Below are positions 38,949 to 50,415 of a stretch of 64,000 nucleotides of DNA, in pieces (positions within the stretch are counted from its first letter, which is position 1; every line of letters begins with the position of its first letter). The translations under genes were made by a program, and so were the position numbers. The notes beneath the pieces are model-generated. The model worked only from the letters and a program-made list of their open reading frames with translations. It ran no database searches and had not been told where the DNA came from. Source of the stretch: Podarcis bocagei (lineage: Eukaryota); the NCBI GenBank assembly GCA_964188305.1, contig OZ076888.1; one strand, given 5' to 3'.

Positions 38949-39318
38949 AGTTTTGGTTTAGCCAACACAGGAGGTGGCTCTTTAGAAGGTGAGGTTAGCT
39001 CCTGGTTTTTAAATATCTGTCCATTGATCTTATCCGGGAAGCAGTTTGGTCTGGTTTGATTTGTAGGCGCTCCTCCACCCTCTGATGAAGCTTCACTTCC
39101 TTGATCATCTTCCGGAAGCTTAAAGTGCACATGAAGGCCTATCTTGGAACTTGACCGAGGTTCATTGTGGTTTACAAGAACTCCTTCCAGTTTAGGCTTT
39201 GGAGGCTGATCCACCCGCGGAAGTGAAGGGGCAGGTGCAGAAGGCTGCTGCTCAGCAGCAACTAAACTGATAGAACTTATAGCATGGAGAGCAGCATTAT
39301 TATTCTGGTCCTCAGGTC
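38949..39318 (-). CDS. MYPN: Myopalladin exon 10 (ends in the proline-rich KEPPPVLAKPKL segment)
   Basis: 370 nt; PPKPKLEGVLVNHNEPRSSSKIGLHVHFKLPEDD...; GT-AG, phase 1-2. Confidence 0.96.
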
Positions 39319-40202
39319 CTGGAATAGCAAGCATTACAGTTATGGCCTTGGTAACTCATCACACAAATCAGTGACAACAGGGGTGCACAGAAGGGGCAAA
39401 ATGCATTTTGAGTGGTGTGCAAGCTTTGTCACTCATATCAGATTACTGAAAGCATGACAAAATATTTTAGGATTTTTGTTTGGGGATGTGTGCTTTGGAG
39501 GTGCTTGTGACCCAAATACTGTATGCTGAACTTGATTACAGTGATAGCATACACATATTAATCAGAGAGACCTAAAATACTCTAAACTTGATTTTCTTGC
39601 AACTGGTGTAAACTAGCCTTGTTTAAGTTGGTGAAAGATAAGGAGCAGTTAAAATGGTCTGCTCTTCCTGCAGTGTAACTGCACAATCCTGATTAAAAAT
39701 ACTCAAGAAAGCAGTGAAAACAGAGTGATAGAAGTCAAATTTATGAATCCTGACTAGTAGGAACATGGATGAGAGGAACGTTAAACGTATGCCTGGTAAA
39801 ATAAAAGACATTAGAACCTCACTGACATGTGGATCTGTGGATCAAGACTAATATTTTAATACGCCTTTTAAATTTTGTCACATTTTATTTTACTTATTTG
39901 TTTCAGTTTAGTCACCCCTTCACAAGCACACAATACTAATCAATATTTATGAAACACCTGAACAAAAAAAATACCCTCCCCATTATTATAATACAAACTT
40001 TTAATGAAATTGGTGTCTTTAGGCACGTTCAACTGAGATATGTCACCAGATTGTATTGAAATATTTTCACACTGGAGGAAATGTATTTGAGAAAGGCTAC
40101 TTCCTTGCTGAACCCAAACTCTTTTCTATATTCTCTGAAGTTCAGGCCACATATCACTATGTCTGTGATTATTGCAAAGGGATTATTACAGTCTTCTCTT
40201 AC

Positions 40203-40319
40203 CCTTTACAGTTAAGCGAGCTGTACTGGAGACTGTCCCATATTTATTGCTTGCAGTGCACGTAAAGCTCCCAGAATCTTCTGAAAACACCTCCGCAATG
40301 ACCAACGTGCAAATCTCCT
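40203..40319 (-). CDS. MYPN: Myopalladin exon 9 (Ig2, C-terminal half)
   Basis: 117 nt; EEICTLVIAEVFSEDSGSFTCTASNKYGTVSSTARLTVK. Confidence 0.96.
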
Positions 40320-40773
40320 CTGAAAACCATCACAACAGAATTGGCAAATTTTACCACAGAGCAGGTGCGAATTAACAAATAAAATAATCATGCTATAGGG
40401 TAGGGTACCAGATAAATGGGGGGCCTCCAAGTGTGCCCTGTTTGGGACTACTTTGATAATTATACTCAGCTGGCAACGGTGTTGCTGTTTCTTTGTTGCA
40501 TGACCAGAAAGTAGTAGACATGGAGCTAACTGTGGCATTTTTCAAAATACTGGTAGCCATCACAATATGTTGAGGAAAGTGGCCATTCAATCCAGAATTG
40601 ACACTATCAAATATCAAGCAAGGGGCTAATTTTGAGCACCATCAAAGCCAGTAGAGTGAGCAACAAGCAGATGTGGCCCATGAGACACAATCCACCAGGA
40701 TGTTCTGTTCCATAACTCGCGTTGAAATTTCCATGCATTGTTGTAATGAGGCTCAGGGATTATGGCTCTTGAA

Positions 40774-40965
40774 GGGGAAGAGCCATAGCTCAGTGGCAGG
40801 GCTTTAAATGCAGAAGGTTCTAGGTTCAAACCCTGGCATCTTCAGGTAGGGTTGAGAAAGATTTCTGCTTGCAATCCTGGAAAGCAGCTGCCAGTCAATG
40901 CAGACAATGCAGAGCTAGGTGGAACAATGGCCCAATTCGGCATAAAGCAGCTTCCTATGTCCCTA
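40774..40965 (+). mobile_element. tRNA-head squamate SINE (Squam3-like; family name tentative)
   Basis: A box TAGCTCAGTGG, B box GGTTCAAACC, tail GCAGCTTCCTATGT. Further partial copies at ~23700-23810, 45935-46100, 47330-47450, 52955-53125 and 59930-60110. Confidence 0.75.
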
Positions 40966-41209
40966 TATTAGTTTGGGGGAGGCAGGGGACTGGGAAGAGA
41001 TTGCTGGTTAAATTTTCAACTGGCAGGGGAATGTCTTAGGCTGCTGGTTTTGATGCTGCCCCAGAAAAACAGATTTCAGGTATAGGAGTCATGGAAGATG
41101 GAAACTGTTTCCATATATATGCCTCTATATATACAGTATAAATACAGACATGTTCTGAGGCTGCTTCATAGGAAACCAAGCCCTATGAGTACACAATTGA
41201 AATAGTATG

Positions 41210-41486
41210 TTTAGCTTGTAGAAGGGAAAGTTAAAGGGAGACTTGGTAGCGGTTTTCAAATATTTGAAGGGCTGTCACACAGAAGATGGAGCAGACCTCT
41301 TCTCTGTTGCCCCAGATGGCTGAAGTAGAATATGTGGATACTGTAAGGAAGCCTGACAGACAGCCTTCGGAGGTGGTGGGTTTTCCTTAAGCAGAGGTTG
41401 GGTGGCATGTTGTCAGGGCTGCTACAGCTGCAAGATTCCTGAACTGAGCAAGGGGTTGGACAAGATGACGTCCAGGGCTGCTTCAA
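41210..41486 (+). mobile_element. CR1 LINE 3' fragment
   Basis: ORF2 end translating as FSL*KGKLKGDLVAVFKYLKGCH; typical GGGGTTGGAC...CTATGATTC 3' terminus. Confidence 0.8.
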
Positions 41487-44033
41487 ACTAAAAATGTCTA
41501 TGATTCCAAGAAGACTAGCACCTATTTTTCACCTATCTTTCTGTATGTTAGTTGCTGGTCTATACCTTTCATTGGAGTGTATATTCCAAACGTCTATTGG
41601 CTGACAGAATAGCGTTTTATTTACCCTTCAGTACCACCTTTAAGCATCTTATAAGTCTAAAGTTCTGAAAAGTGTCAAATCTCTCTCTCTATCTCACACA
41701 CACGCACACGCACACAGCCTAGGCTAATTGTTTTTGTGTTGCTTTTACGATGTCACTATCCAAAACCCATGTAGTTAGAATCAGTACAGTTAAACCTTCT
41801 TGGCTCTCACATGATCTAAACTTGTTCAGTTGCTCTGGAATAGCAGCCTTTGGGGGAGAGGAAAACGTGTGCTTCTGAGGTGAACGCTCTCAACATCTTT
41901 TGGCAGGTGGCATCCCATCTGCCAGTCCCTGCAGGAAGGGCACGTCTGTGCCACTTTTATGAAGTACTCTCTCACATCATGTACAAACAAGTGAGTCTTC
42001 TTTCACCATCAAAAGCATTTCAGAGAGCACAAGGAGTGCCATGTCAATGGGATCTAGAGGAATGGCACTGCATGGGGTCTCCATGCCCTTTAATTTAGCA
42101 TTGCCTGCAGAAAATCTGCACTGGTTTGGAATCCATTGAAAAAAATCTAGTAACAGTCAGGATTCACCTCTCAAGAGGTAGAATGCACGACGTGGCATTC
42201 TCCGGTTTCAGAGGTGGAATGCCTGAAGTGGTACTCTCAGATTTCATGAGTGGGGCGGGGATGTGGGGAGCTGAGGGTTAAGAGAGAATAACTGGCATGG
42301 CCTGAGGTGTGACACAATACTCTCCAACTGGCAAGCAGGATAAAAATAGGACATCCCTACATCATCTGGTGCACATTTCGCGCTGGAGAAAAGAAAGGAT
42401 TTAATACTGACTCCTTCATTCACATCTAGCCTGGGAAAAGAACAGTCCTCTGATCTGAAATAAGAGCAATCACAGGAGAGAACAGGATCCTTATCTCCCC
42501 ACCAATGAAAGTAGTTTGTGTCCGCTTTAGCAGCCTTTTCAGGGCTGCAATCCTGTACCCAATGGTCTGGGAATTAGTCCCACTGAACTCACCGGGCCTT
42601 ACTTCTGAGTAGAAATGTACAGGACTGCACAATCCTATACATCTCTACTCAGAAGTAAACCTTGTTGAGTTCAATATGGCTTACACCCATTAACTAGATA
42701 TATGATTGCTGCTGGGTTTTGCAGAGGGTTGGGGAACTTTGGACCCAGCATGGGTCCCAGTTTGGCCTGCTGTCAGCCGCCTCCACAGGTCACAACTACT
42801 TGCCCCTTACCTGACATCAGATGTGAAGTCAGGTGTGGGGTAGGTAGAGATGCGGCTGGCTGTGTGACTTAGCTCTCTTGTAGGGAACCTGACTGCGCAG
42901 TGAATCCCTGAAGTAAGCAGACTTTCAAGTCTGCTTATCAGCAGCACTTCAGCACACCGTGTGGGGCTCTTTGCAAGCCCTGCATGGTGCTTTCAAGTCA
43001 GCTGACATCACTGTAACATCAGGTGATCGACAGGTGGGTGCCTCGGCCCATCAGTGATATTTGGCCTATAAGGGGTAGGGGAGATAAGGGTTGGTTAGAT
43101 GAGTCTGATGGTAAACTTCACAGCAGATAACATCTCTGTTACTCTCAACAGAAAACGATATAAAAGGCAGCAGACCCACCACCATGCCAGCAATCCAACA
43201 CTTGGTAGAGCAGAGTGCTTGATAATGTAGCACAATGTTGCAGAAAACAGGTCTGTTTCTCTTACACAGGGACTGCAGAGCTGAAGGCAGCACATTCTGG
43301 CCTCTACAATCAGCCATGGACTGAGGCCAATGGGAGACTGCGCTTGCCTCCTAGGAAAAACACAGTGACCAACTTGGCCTCATCCATTAGCCAGAAGAGG
43401 AGCAGCTGCAAGGACTTTCTTCCCCCATCTCTGGCAGAATTAACATTTAACCCCCAACTGCTGGTTGTCCTGGGACTGCAGGCATGAGGGGAAAGAACAG
43501 GCTGGCCCCATCCATTGGCCAAAGCTCAGATGCCAGCTGCTATTCAAGGAAGAACACCAGCAAAGGAACATCAGTCTGGCCCCAACTGGATATAAATGCC
43601 CACATAGCTCACCTCTTCGTTCTGGCCTTAACTAGCTGATGATTCCTTTCCCTTCCCTTCTGTGTGTCTGTACACTTGGCAGCAGTGCTTGATAGTCTCT
43701 CGCCACCCACCCTTGATGTGAGCTGCTTTGGAAGACAGTAACTGTCTGACAAGCAGGATACAAATACAGCATGTGACTAAATAAATAAATACCAGCTACT
43801 GATTTACTTATAAAAGTATTTATATACCACCCTCTCATAAAAATTGAGGGTGGTGTACAAGAATATAAAAACATACATTAGCTATGACTGTGCACTTTCT
43901 GGAAGAGGAACTGGAATGCTAGACTGCAGTCATTTATTTTTTTACTTTTTGCTTCAGTCTGTGTATGCCACAGTGGCATTTGGTAAGGCTCAAATAATTG
44001 AATATTTATGCATATAAGGTAAAGTGTACTTAC

Positions 44034-44057
44034 CTGGCTCAGCCATAGAGCGAGGTT
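44034..44057 (-). CDS. MYPN: Myopalladin exon 8 (24-nt microexon within Ig2)
   Basis: tttcctttag|AACCTCGCTCTATGGCTGAGCCAG|gtaagt encodes KPRSMAEP(E); phase 1-1. Confidence 0.93.
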
Positions 44058-44528
44058 CTAAAGGAAAGTAAGAGAAACATTACTCCATTCAATATTTATT
44101 TCAGTGTTTTCCCTAAGGACCCACCAGGTAATTAATGGGGGGGTCTTAACTATTTTTTTATTAGAGTAGACCAATCAAAATGAATGGGCCTAACTTATTC
44201 AAGTTCTTTAATGTCATCATCACCACCACCACCACTTCATCTCTGTGTGTGCCACCTTTCCACAAAAAAAATATGCTCAAAGTTGCTTACAATGAGAATA
44301 CATCACAAAAATCAACCACCACACTGACAAACCTTGCAGGGTTGTTGTAAGGATTGCTGAGAAAACACATGGTAAGCACCCTGAACCCTTGAAATGCACT
44401 ACAGAAACAGCAATGACTATTTTACAAATTGTGGTAAAGGAACGTAAGTTCTGGAAATACCATGGCTCACTGCTTTTTATTATTCAGGTGCATTTACATC
44501 TAGCATACAACAAAATATTACAACTCTC

Positions 44529-44671
44529 CATGGGCATAGCCAGGATTTTTGTTATGGGGGGGGGAAGGCTTTTGTTAGGGGGTGCAGAACCTCAGTTAGC
44601 TATGTATTTTTATTGATTTTTATCAATAAGGGGCAGCTGCCCTTCCCTGCCCCCCCTTGGCTACACCCATG
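44529..44671. mobile_element. hAT MITE, 143 bp
   Basis: TIR CATGGGCATAGCCA / TGGCTACACCCATG; TSD CAACTCTC/CAACCCTC (7/8). Confidence 0.8.
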
Positions 44672-44730
44672 CAACCCTCAGTACTGCCAACCCTTTCCAG
44701 ATAAACGTCTGCAATGAAAGGAAAGCCTAC

Positions 44731-44872
44731 TTTTCTGTAATATCCTGAAGTCCGGGGAGTCTTCTATCAATGTCCCTTCTCTGTACCACTCAACCTTTGG
44801 AGAAGGGGCTCCTTTCACTCTGCATTCAAACACAACCAGCTGGCCCTCAGAGGCAGATATTTCCTGTAGCAT
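44731..44872 (-). CDS. MYPN: Myopalladin exon 7 (Ig2, N-terminal half)
   Basis: 142 nt; MLQEISASEGQLVVFECRVKGAPSPKVEWYREGTLIEDSPDFRILQK. Confidence 0.97.
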
Positions 44873-45528
44873 CTAAAGCAGAGACAGGCCATAACATGGT
44901 TTTAAATTAATTTTAAAATTAAAACTGAATAATTATGTGCCAATAGTTACAGTAAGAAGAGCTGTACCTTTGAATGTCTATGTGTGCTGGAAATTTTCTT
45001 TACTCTGCAGTGCAGAGACATGTAGTGTTTTCAAATAGCCATGCACATAAAAATGTGTTGATCTGTTCTACAAAAGTGACTCTAGATACCACGCTTGAAA
45101 ATGCTGGGTTGGATCCAGATCGGCGATTGCAATTGCAGAAAGAACCAAGATCTATCAAAGGCTTCCCAATGGAAGTTGATCTGTGCCAATTCTTCCATCA
45201 CTTTGCACTGTCCTTACCCCCAGAGGTTCCTCAAACCCCCCCAAAGCAGCTAATTCAGGAAGTTCAGGGGATTGCAGAGGGAAGGAAGAATTGATAAATA
45301 TTGCCTCCTTGCCCCCTTCCTCCAGTGTGAGCAGAGCTCCGCTGAATGCAACTCGAGGTCCAACCCCAAAACCCCGATCTTCAGAGAGATATTTTATGGT
45401 AGAGGAAACAGCCTGGGGACAGTTAGGGACCCTTTTTTTTAAAAAAAAAAATTGTTTCATTTTAGGTTAAAGTCCCTCTTGATAGCATCTATTTGTTTCT
45501 CATTGTGGAAAAGCAATAAGTAAGTTAC

Positions 45529-45600
45529 CTTAGTAAACACTGGAGCAGCTATTATGGGCCTTCCGTCAAGTCCTTGTAAATAGTTGGTGGGGCTTTGACT
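45529..45600 (-). CDS. MYPN: Myopalladin exon 6
   Basis: 72 nt; SQSPTNYLQGLDGRPIIAAPVFTK. Confidence 0.96.
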
Positions 45601-46267
45601 CTGGAGGTTAAAAAGCAAACAGGAAGATAAAGATACAAGAGCAGTTATCAAGCAGCAGATTAAGGAAGCCCCTAGTCCTGACACTTATGTAATTCCCACC
45701 TCCTCCAGTGCAAGATTAAGAGGGAAGTCCACGTGAAAAACATGACACAGGAAAACAATTGGATGCAAACTTTGCAGAGAAGGATCAGTGCATTTTCCTA
45801 AGGGTGTTACATAAAAACTGTCCCATATTACCCTCAGCATTTCATCTGGAGCCTCTGGAGAAGCCAGAAGGCCTGACATGATGACACACAAACTGTTCAT
45901 TTTCCACAACATTTCCCCTCTTTTTTAGAAGACTGACTGCTTATCCCACTCATTCGCTGAATAATTCCTGAAGTCCATCTAACGATTGTCTACAATGACT
46001 GGCAACAGCTCGCCTAGATGTCTGGCAAGAACCGTTTCCAGAACTAGAACTTGGGACATCCCGCATGAGAAGCATGTGCTCCACCACTGAGCTATGGCTT
46101 TTTCAAAACCATCTGAAACAGAATTAAAACAGGGTTTCCCCAAAAGCACAAAATATATCTCTCGACAGACAAAAGATTGCCCACCCGTCTCTTAGGGAAA
46201 CATGCAAGCGATCTCCAGCTTATACAGTTTCTCTTCCTTGAATGATATAAATATTTATCTCTCTTAC

Positions 46268-46400
46268 ATGGTAGGCAGGTATCGACACAGGATGTACCAT
46301 AGAAGGTTGTGGTTTCGGTGTTTCTTGATGGGTGTTATTAACAGGAGCAGGAGCAGGAGGAGGAGGCACATTTGAAGAGATCTTGGTGCGGTTTTGGTAT
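46268..46400 (-). CDS. MYPN: Myopalladin exon 5 (divergent linker)
   Basis: 133 nt, phase 2-0, exactly bridging exons 4 and 6; stop-free YQNRTKISSNVPPPPAPAPVNNTHQETPKPQPSMVHPVSIPAYH; ttttcccag| and |gtaag. Confidence 0.85.
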
Positions 46401-46979
46401 CTGGGAAAATATCCAAGAAGGTATATTTATTTACAAAGAAAGCAAGTTTCACCGATAGGTCATTTTGTTTGCTTTAAAAACCTTTATTTGACTAAAGAAG
46501 CTCCCAACAGCAGGTTCCCCCTTTTCTCTCACACAAAAAGAGAATGCCTTTTGTAAGATGATGTCCACTTCAACACACATACCTTATCTCACTTAAAAAA
46601 TAAAGGATCGTTGTGGGTGAGCCTTCCTATGTTCCTAGATGTGTGTATTAATTAGAATTACAGTTTACTTTCCACCCCTGCACCATCTTTCCAAATGAGA
46701 TTGCCCCCACACCCCGCATGTGCTCTTCCCCCCTAATTAGGGAAAACATGGTACATGTATGGTTTCCCTTCTAATGGAACAAACAGTGACCTAGGAGAGA
46801 TTATCTAGATTGGGAAAATGGCACAGGAGGAAAGAGAACCTCCACTCACAGTACTATGGTCACGATCCAATTCTCTGCCACTCCCACAGCTGCTTTCAAA
46901 ATAAATATAAATTGGTGGGAAATTCAATAATGGATCTTCAGTGTCTAATCTATTTTAGCTCTCATACACATGGACTTAC

Positions 46980-47037
46980 TGATCCATTTCTTCTCTGCTG
47001 GTGCTCGTGTCGCTTTCAGATTCAGAAGAGGAGGCTC
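46980..47037 (-). CDS. MYPN: Myopalladin exon 4
   Basis: 58 nt; GASSSESESDTSTSREEMD; donor gtaagt. Confidence 0.92.
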
Positions 47038-48419
47038 CTGTGGGAAACCAAAAGTCAGTTTACGTGGCACCACATTTAATAATGCCTTTTAACTTCCTCC
47101 CTGAGGTTTTCGTTTATGTGATAAATGTACAATTATTACTAACTTCTTGTAGAGATGGATCCTGGCATCTTTCCCTGGGCCTATGCATCTTTCGCAGGAA
47201 CACTGTGCTGTACTGTTGTGCACATTTCAATATGATATATTCCTAAAAAATAGTATTTCTCTTCCAGCTAAGGCTGTAATTGCTGTTGCAAGTGTCACGG
47301 GGAAGGACAGGACAGCACAAGGTTTGGTTTTGTATGCAAAAATTCCTATGCAGGACTGGGGAAGATTCCCTGTCTGAAACCCTGGAAATCCGGTGCCACT
47401 CAATACTGAGATATAAAGTTCTGACTTGGTATAAGACAGCATCTTATATCCTTAAGATAATTTTGTCAGGGTGACAGACACCCATTTGGTATGAAGGTGC
47501 ACTAACTTCCCAGTACCATTTTGTGACTTTGTGGGCTGGGTAATACTTACTTTTAAACTGTTGGTTAGCTGGGGTGAGCATTTTTCTGCACTGCTTTCCA
47601 CTCAGCTTCAATCAATGAATAGGTACTTTCCCCCTCCATGGCAGGAGCAGATAGGAATCTAGCACCATTCATAAAATGTGTTTTGGTTTGGGCACTGCCA
47701 ATATTTTTGTGTAATAAATCATCATTACCACTTTATTTGTATGCCACTTTTACCCTACACAAAAATCATTCTTCAAGTGGGTTTTAACAAAGGGAACAGC
47801 AATAAAGCACAAAACTAACAACAGGAAGAATAATTTCATAACAACAACAATAATAAAACATGGGCTAATTCAACAGCAAAAAAATTTGCTTGTACCCAAC
47901 AGTGAAGTGGGTTTACTTAAGCTCACTTTTTGCAGCCTACATGTCTACTATTAAGGCATCACTTCTTTTTTGTGGTTGCATCACATTTTTTAAAAAATTA
48001 CAGCTGTGACATTCTTTGTATTTGGAAGATGTATAGTATACAGAATATCACCTTCATGCCCTTTCATAGAGCACCCAAAAACCCACCACTGCTGGCGACA
48101 GTAGTCTGGAAGAGGTATTGGAAAGGATGTGCACTTTCATGCCAAATGGGTATCTGTCACCCTGGCAAAACTATCTCAAGGATATATGATGCTGCCTTAT
48201 AATCTATATTTTTTTTAAAGTACTGTACAGCAGCAAGGTTATCCATCCCATCTCAGCCCATGTTCACACCAGACTGTAAAACAGTAAATTTAGATTATGT
48301 TTATCTGTCTGTATACCCATCTATCTAAAAGATTGTAAGTAGGCTAATTACCCTGTGCCATATCTATCCTAGCCAATAAAAAGTCTATCTCCCCTTCAGC
48401 ACAGCTATTTCCTCCTCAC

Positions 48420-48525
48420 TCATAAGAACATAAAAAGAGCCTGCTGGATCAAGACAATGACCCATCTAGTCCAGCATATCCTGTTTCACACTGGCCAACC
48501 AAATGTCTGTGGAAAACCAGCAAAT
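48420..48525 (-). mobile_element. CR1-type 3' tail fragment
   Basis: CATAAGAACATAAAAAGAGCCTGCTGGATCA...CATCTAGTCCAGC; similar fragments at ~3050-3200 and 62030-62175. Confidence 0.65.
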
Positions 48526-48726
48526 ATTGTCTATCAAATAATTTTAATTGAAGAAATAAATTCAAGTACCTGACTCTATCAAAGAGAGAACTGTTTGCAT
48601 TCCATGCTCTTGGATCACTGATTTCCATTTGGAACAACTATGCAGCAAAGCCACATAAAACCAAGTTCACAGTACAACTTCCTTTTGTTAATTATCAAGC
48701 GCTTTCTGTTCCAAAGAGGCCTTTAC

Positions 48727-48902
48727 CTTCTACGTAGATCTCTGCAGAGGTTGAGTCTGTCCCATAGATGTTAGAAGCAAAGCAGGAGTAACGCCCTGTG
48801 TCTTCTTCAAACGCTTCAACAATAACTAGTGAATGCAGCTGTCCTGACTGGATGATGTGAATATCTGGTGAGTTTTCAAGCTCTTTCCCTTCACAGTACC
48901 AC
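48727..48902 (-). CDS. MYPN: Myopalladin exon 3 (Ig1, C-terminal part)
   Basis: 176 nt; WYCEGKELENSPDIHIIQSGQLHSLVIVEAFEEDTGRYSCFASNIYGTDSTSAEIYVE. Confidence 0.97.
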
Positions 48903-49699
48903 CTGAAATGCAAGAGCACTATTTGTCACTGTAATATCCATTTGACAAAGAGACAGGCTGCAAACGCAACAGTGAAAACAATGCCTGATCACCCTAAGCA
49001 GAAACACACATCACACAAATGACATTGAAGCAAACAGAGGAATATCCTGCACTCTTCAGTTATTAACAGTAACAGGGCCACATTTTGAAGAGAGTATTTG
49101 GATCCTACTAGCTGATCAGTAAGTTGCACAATAGAAGATAGAACCGGTGTAGAGTAGCGGTTAGAGAGCTGGACTAAGACTACAGAGACTGAGGTTCCTG
49201 CTCAGACTGGAAGCTTGTTGGACCAGTCACTATCTCTTAGCCTAACCTAACTTTCAGGGTTGTTATGAAGAGAAAAAGCAGAGTGAGGAGAAAATGCAGA
49301 GGGATCCTACTTGGATGGTCATTTCCAGAGGGTGATCTTTGGCCTTTTAAACGGTGTGTGAGGAAATTGTTTTTGGTTGTTGTTACGGTATGTATTTTTG
49401 TGTTTTTATATTGTAAAATGCACTGTGATCTTCGGAAGAAGGGCAGGATATAAATTTAATAAATAATAATAATAAAGCATTGTTCCCAGGATTCTGGGGT
49501 TGGGGGAGGTGTGCTTTAAACATACAGTGAATATGCTTGGGCTATGTAAGAAGCGCTAAGGAATGCTAAAACTCGGCAAGACTAAAACAGAACAAGGCAG
49601 ATATTATTAGGGGAAGAATTAGAAACAACAATATACCAAAAGCTAAAGGCAAGGTCTAAATGGCAAGGATGTCAGTAGATCTTTATAAAATATTGCTTG

Positions 49700-50332
49700 A
49701 TGCAGATACAGAGATAATGCTTCTCTTTCCTCATAAAGCTAAAACTCAGGGCTACTCAATAAAACTTGACTGGCAGTAGATACAGGACAAAGAGAAATGG
49801 AAGTGGTTCTTCACCCAATGCTTTAACTTATTGCATTCATTGCCATGAGACATGGTGATTGCCACTGGATTTTTTAAAAAATTGGACATCACATGCACTG
49901 GATTCCGTCCTAATTTAGGCAAATGTGTATGATGTCATGCAGCAGGAGGTGGCCTCATGGGGCCCGTTGCAGCCAAGGGAAGGTCTGATGGGGCCCACCA
50001 CAGCTAAGTCCCACAGGCTGCAGAATATTGAGTGGGCTCAGCTCCCTGCTTGAAATTTTTTGGGAGGCCTTGGCCCCCTGCCCCCCCCCCCAGATGGTGC
50101 CCCTGGACCTGATCATGGAGGATAGGTTTATGAGGGGCTATTGGTCATAATGGCTCAATTTAATCTCCTTGTCCAAAGGCAGTATAGCAGAGGCTGAGGG
50201 AAGACAACTAGGAGGGGTTGTTGCATTCATTAACTGGTAGTGGACTTCCCACAAGCATCTGCCTTGTCTCTGTTGGGCACAGGAGGCTGGAGCAGACACT
50301 TGGTGTGATCCAGCAATTCTTTTGATCTTATG
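49700..50332 (+). mobile_element. Decayed CR1 3' fragment, interrupted by a GC-rich insert at ~49890-50105
   Basis: ORF2-end-like aaaactcaggg...ttcttcacccaa, then atggaggatagg...tgatccagca...cttatg tail. Boundaries approximate. Confidence 0.55.
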
Positions 50333-50415
50333 TAGTACAGGAGGCAGGAGTAAGTGTAGGGCAATACAACTTATGCCTAATAAAGCAAACATGGAGATGA
50401 GAGAGAGATCACAAT

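Noticed and set aside
40774-40840. tRNA-like A and B boxes
   Set aside because: SINE head with no intact cloverleaf; it continues into the SINE body.
44034-44057. 24-nt microexon as a novelty
   Set aside because: KPRSMAEPE is part of canonical MYPN, so it is a known feature.
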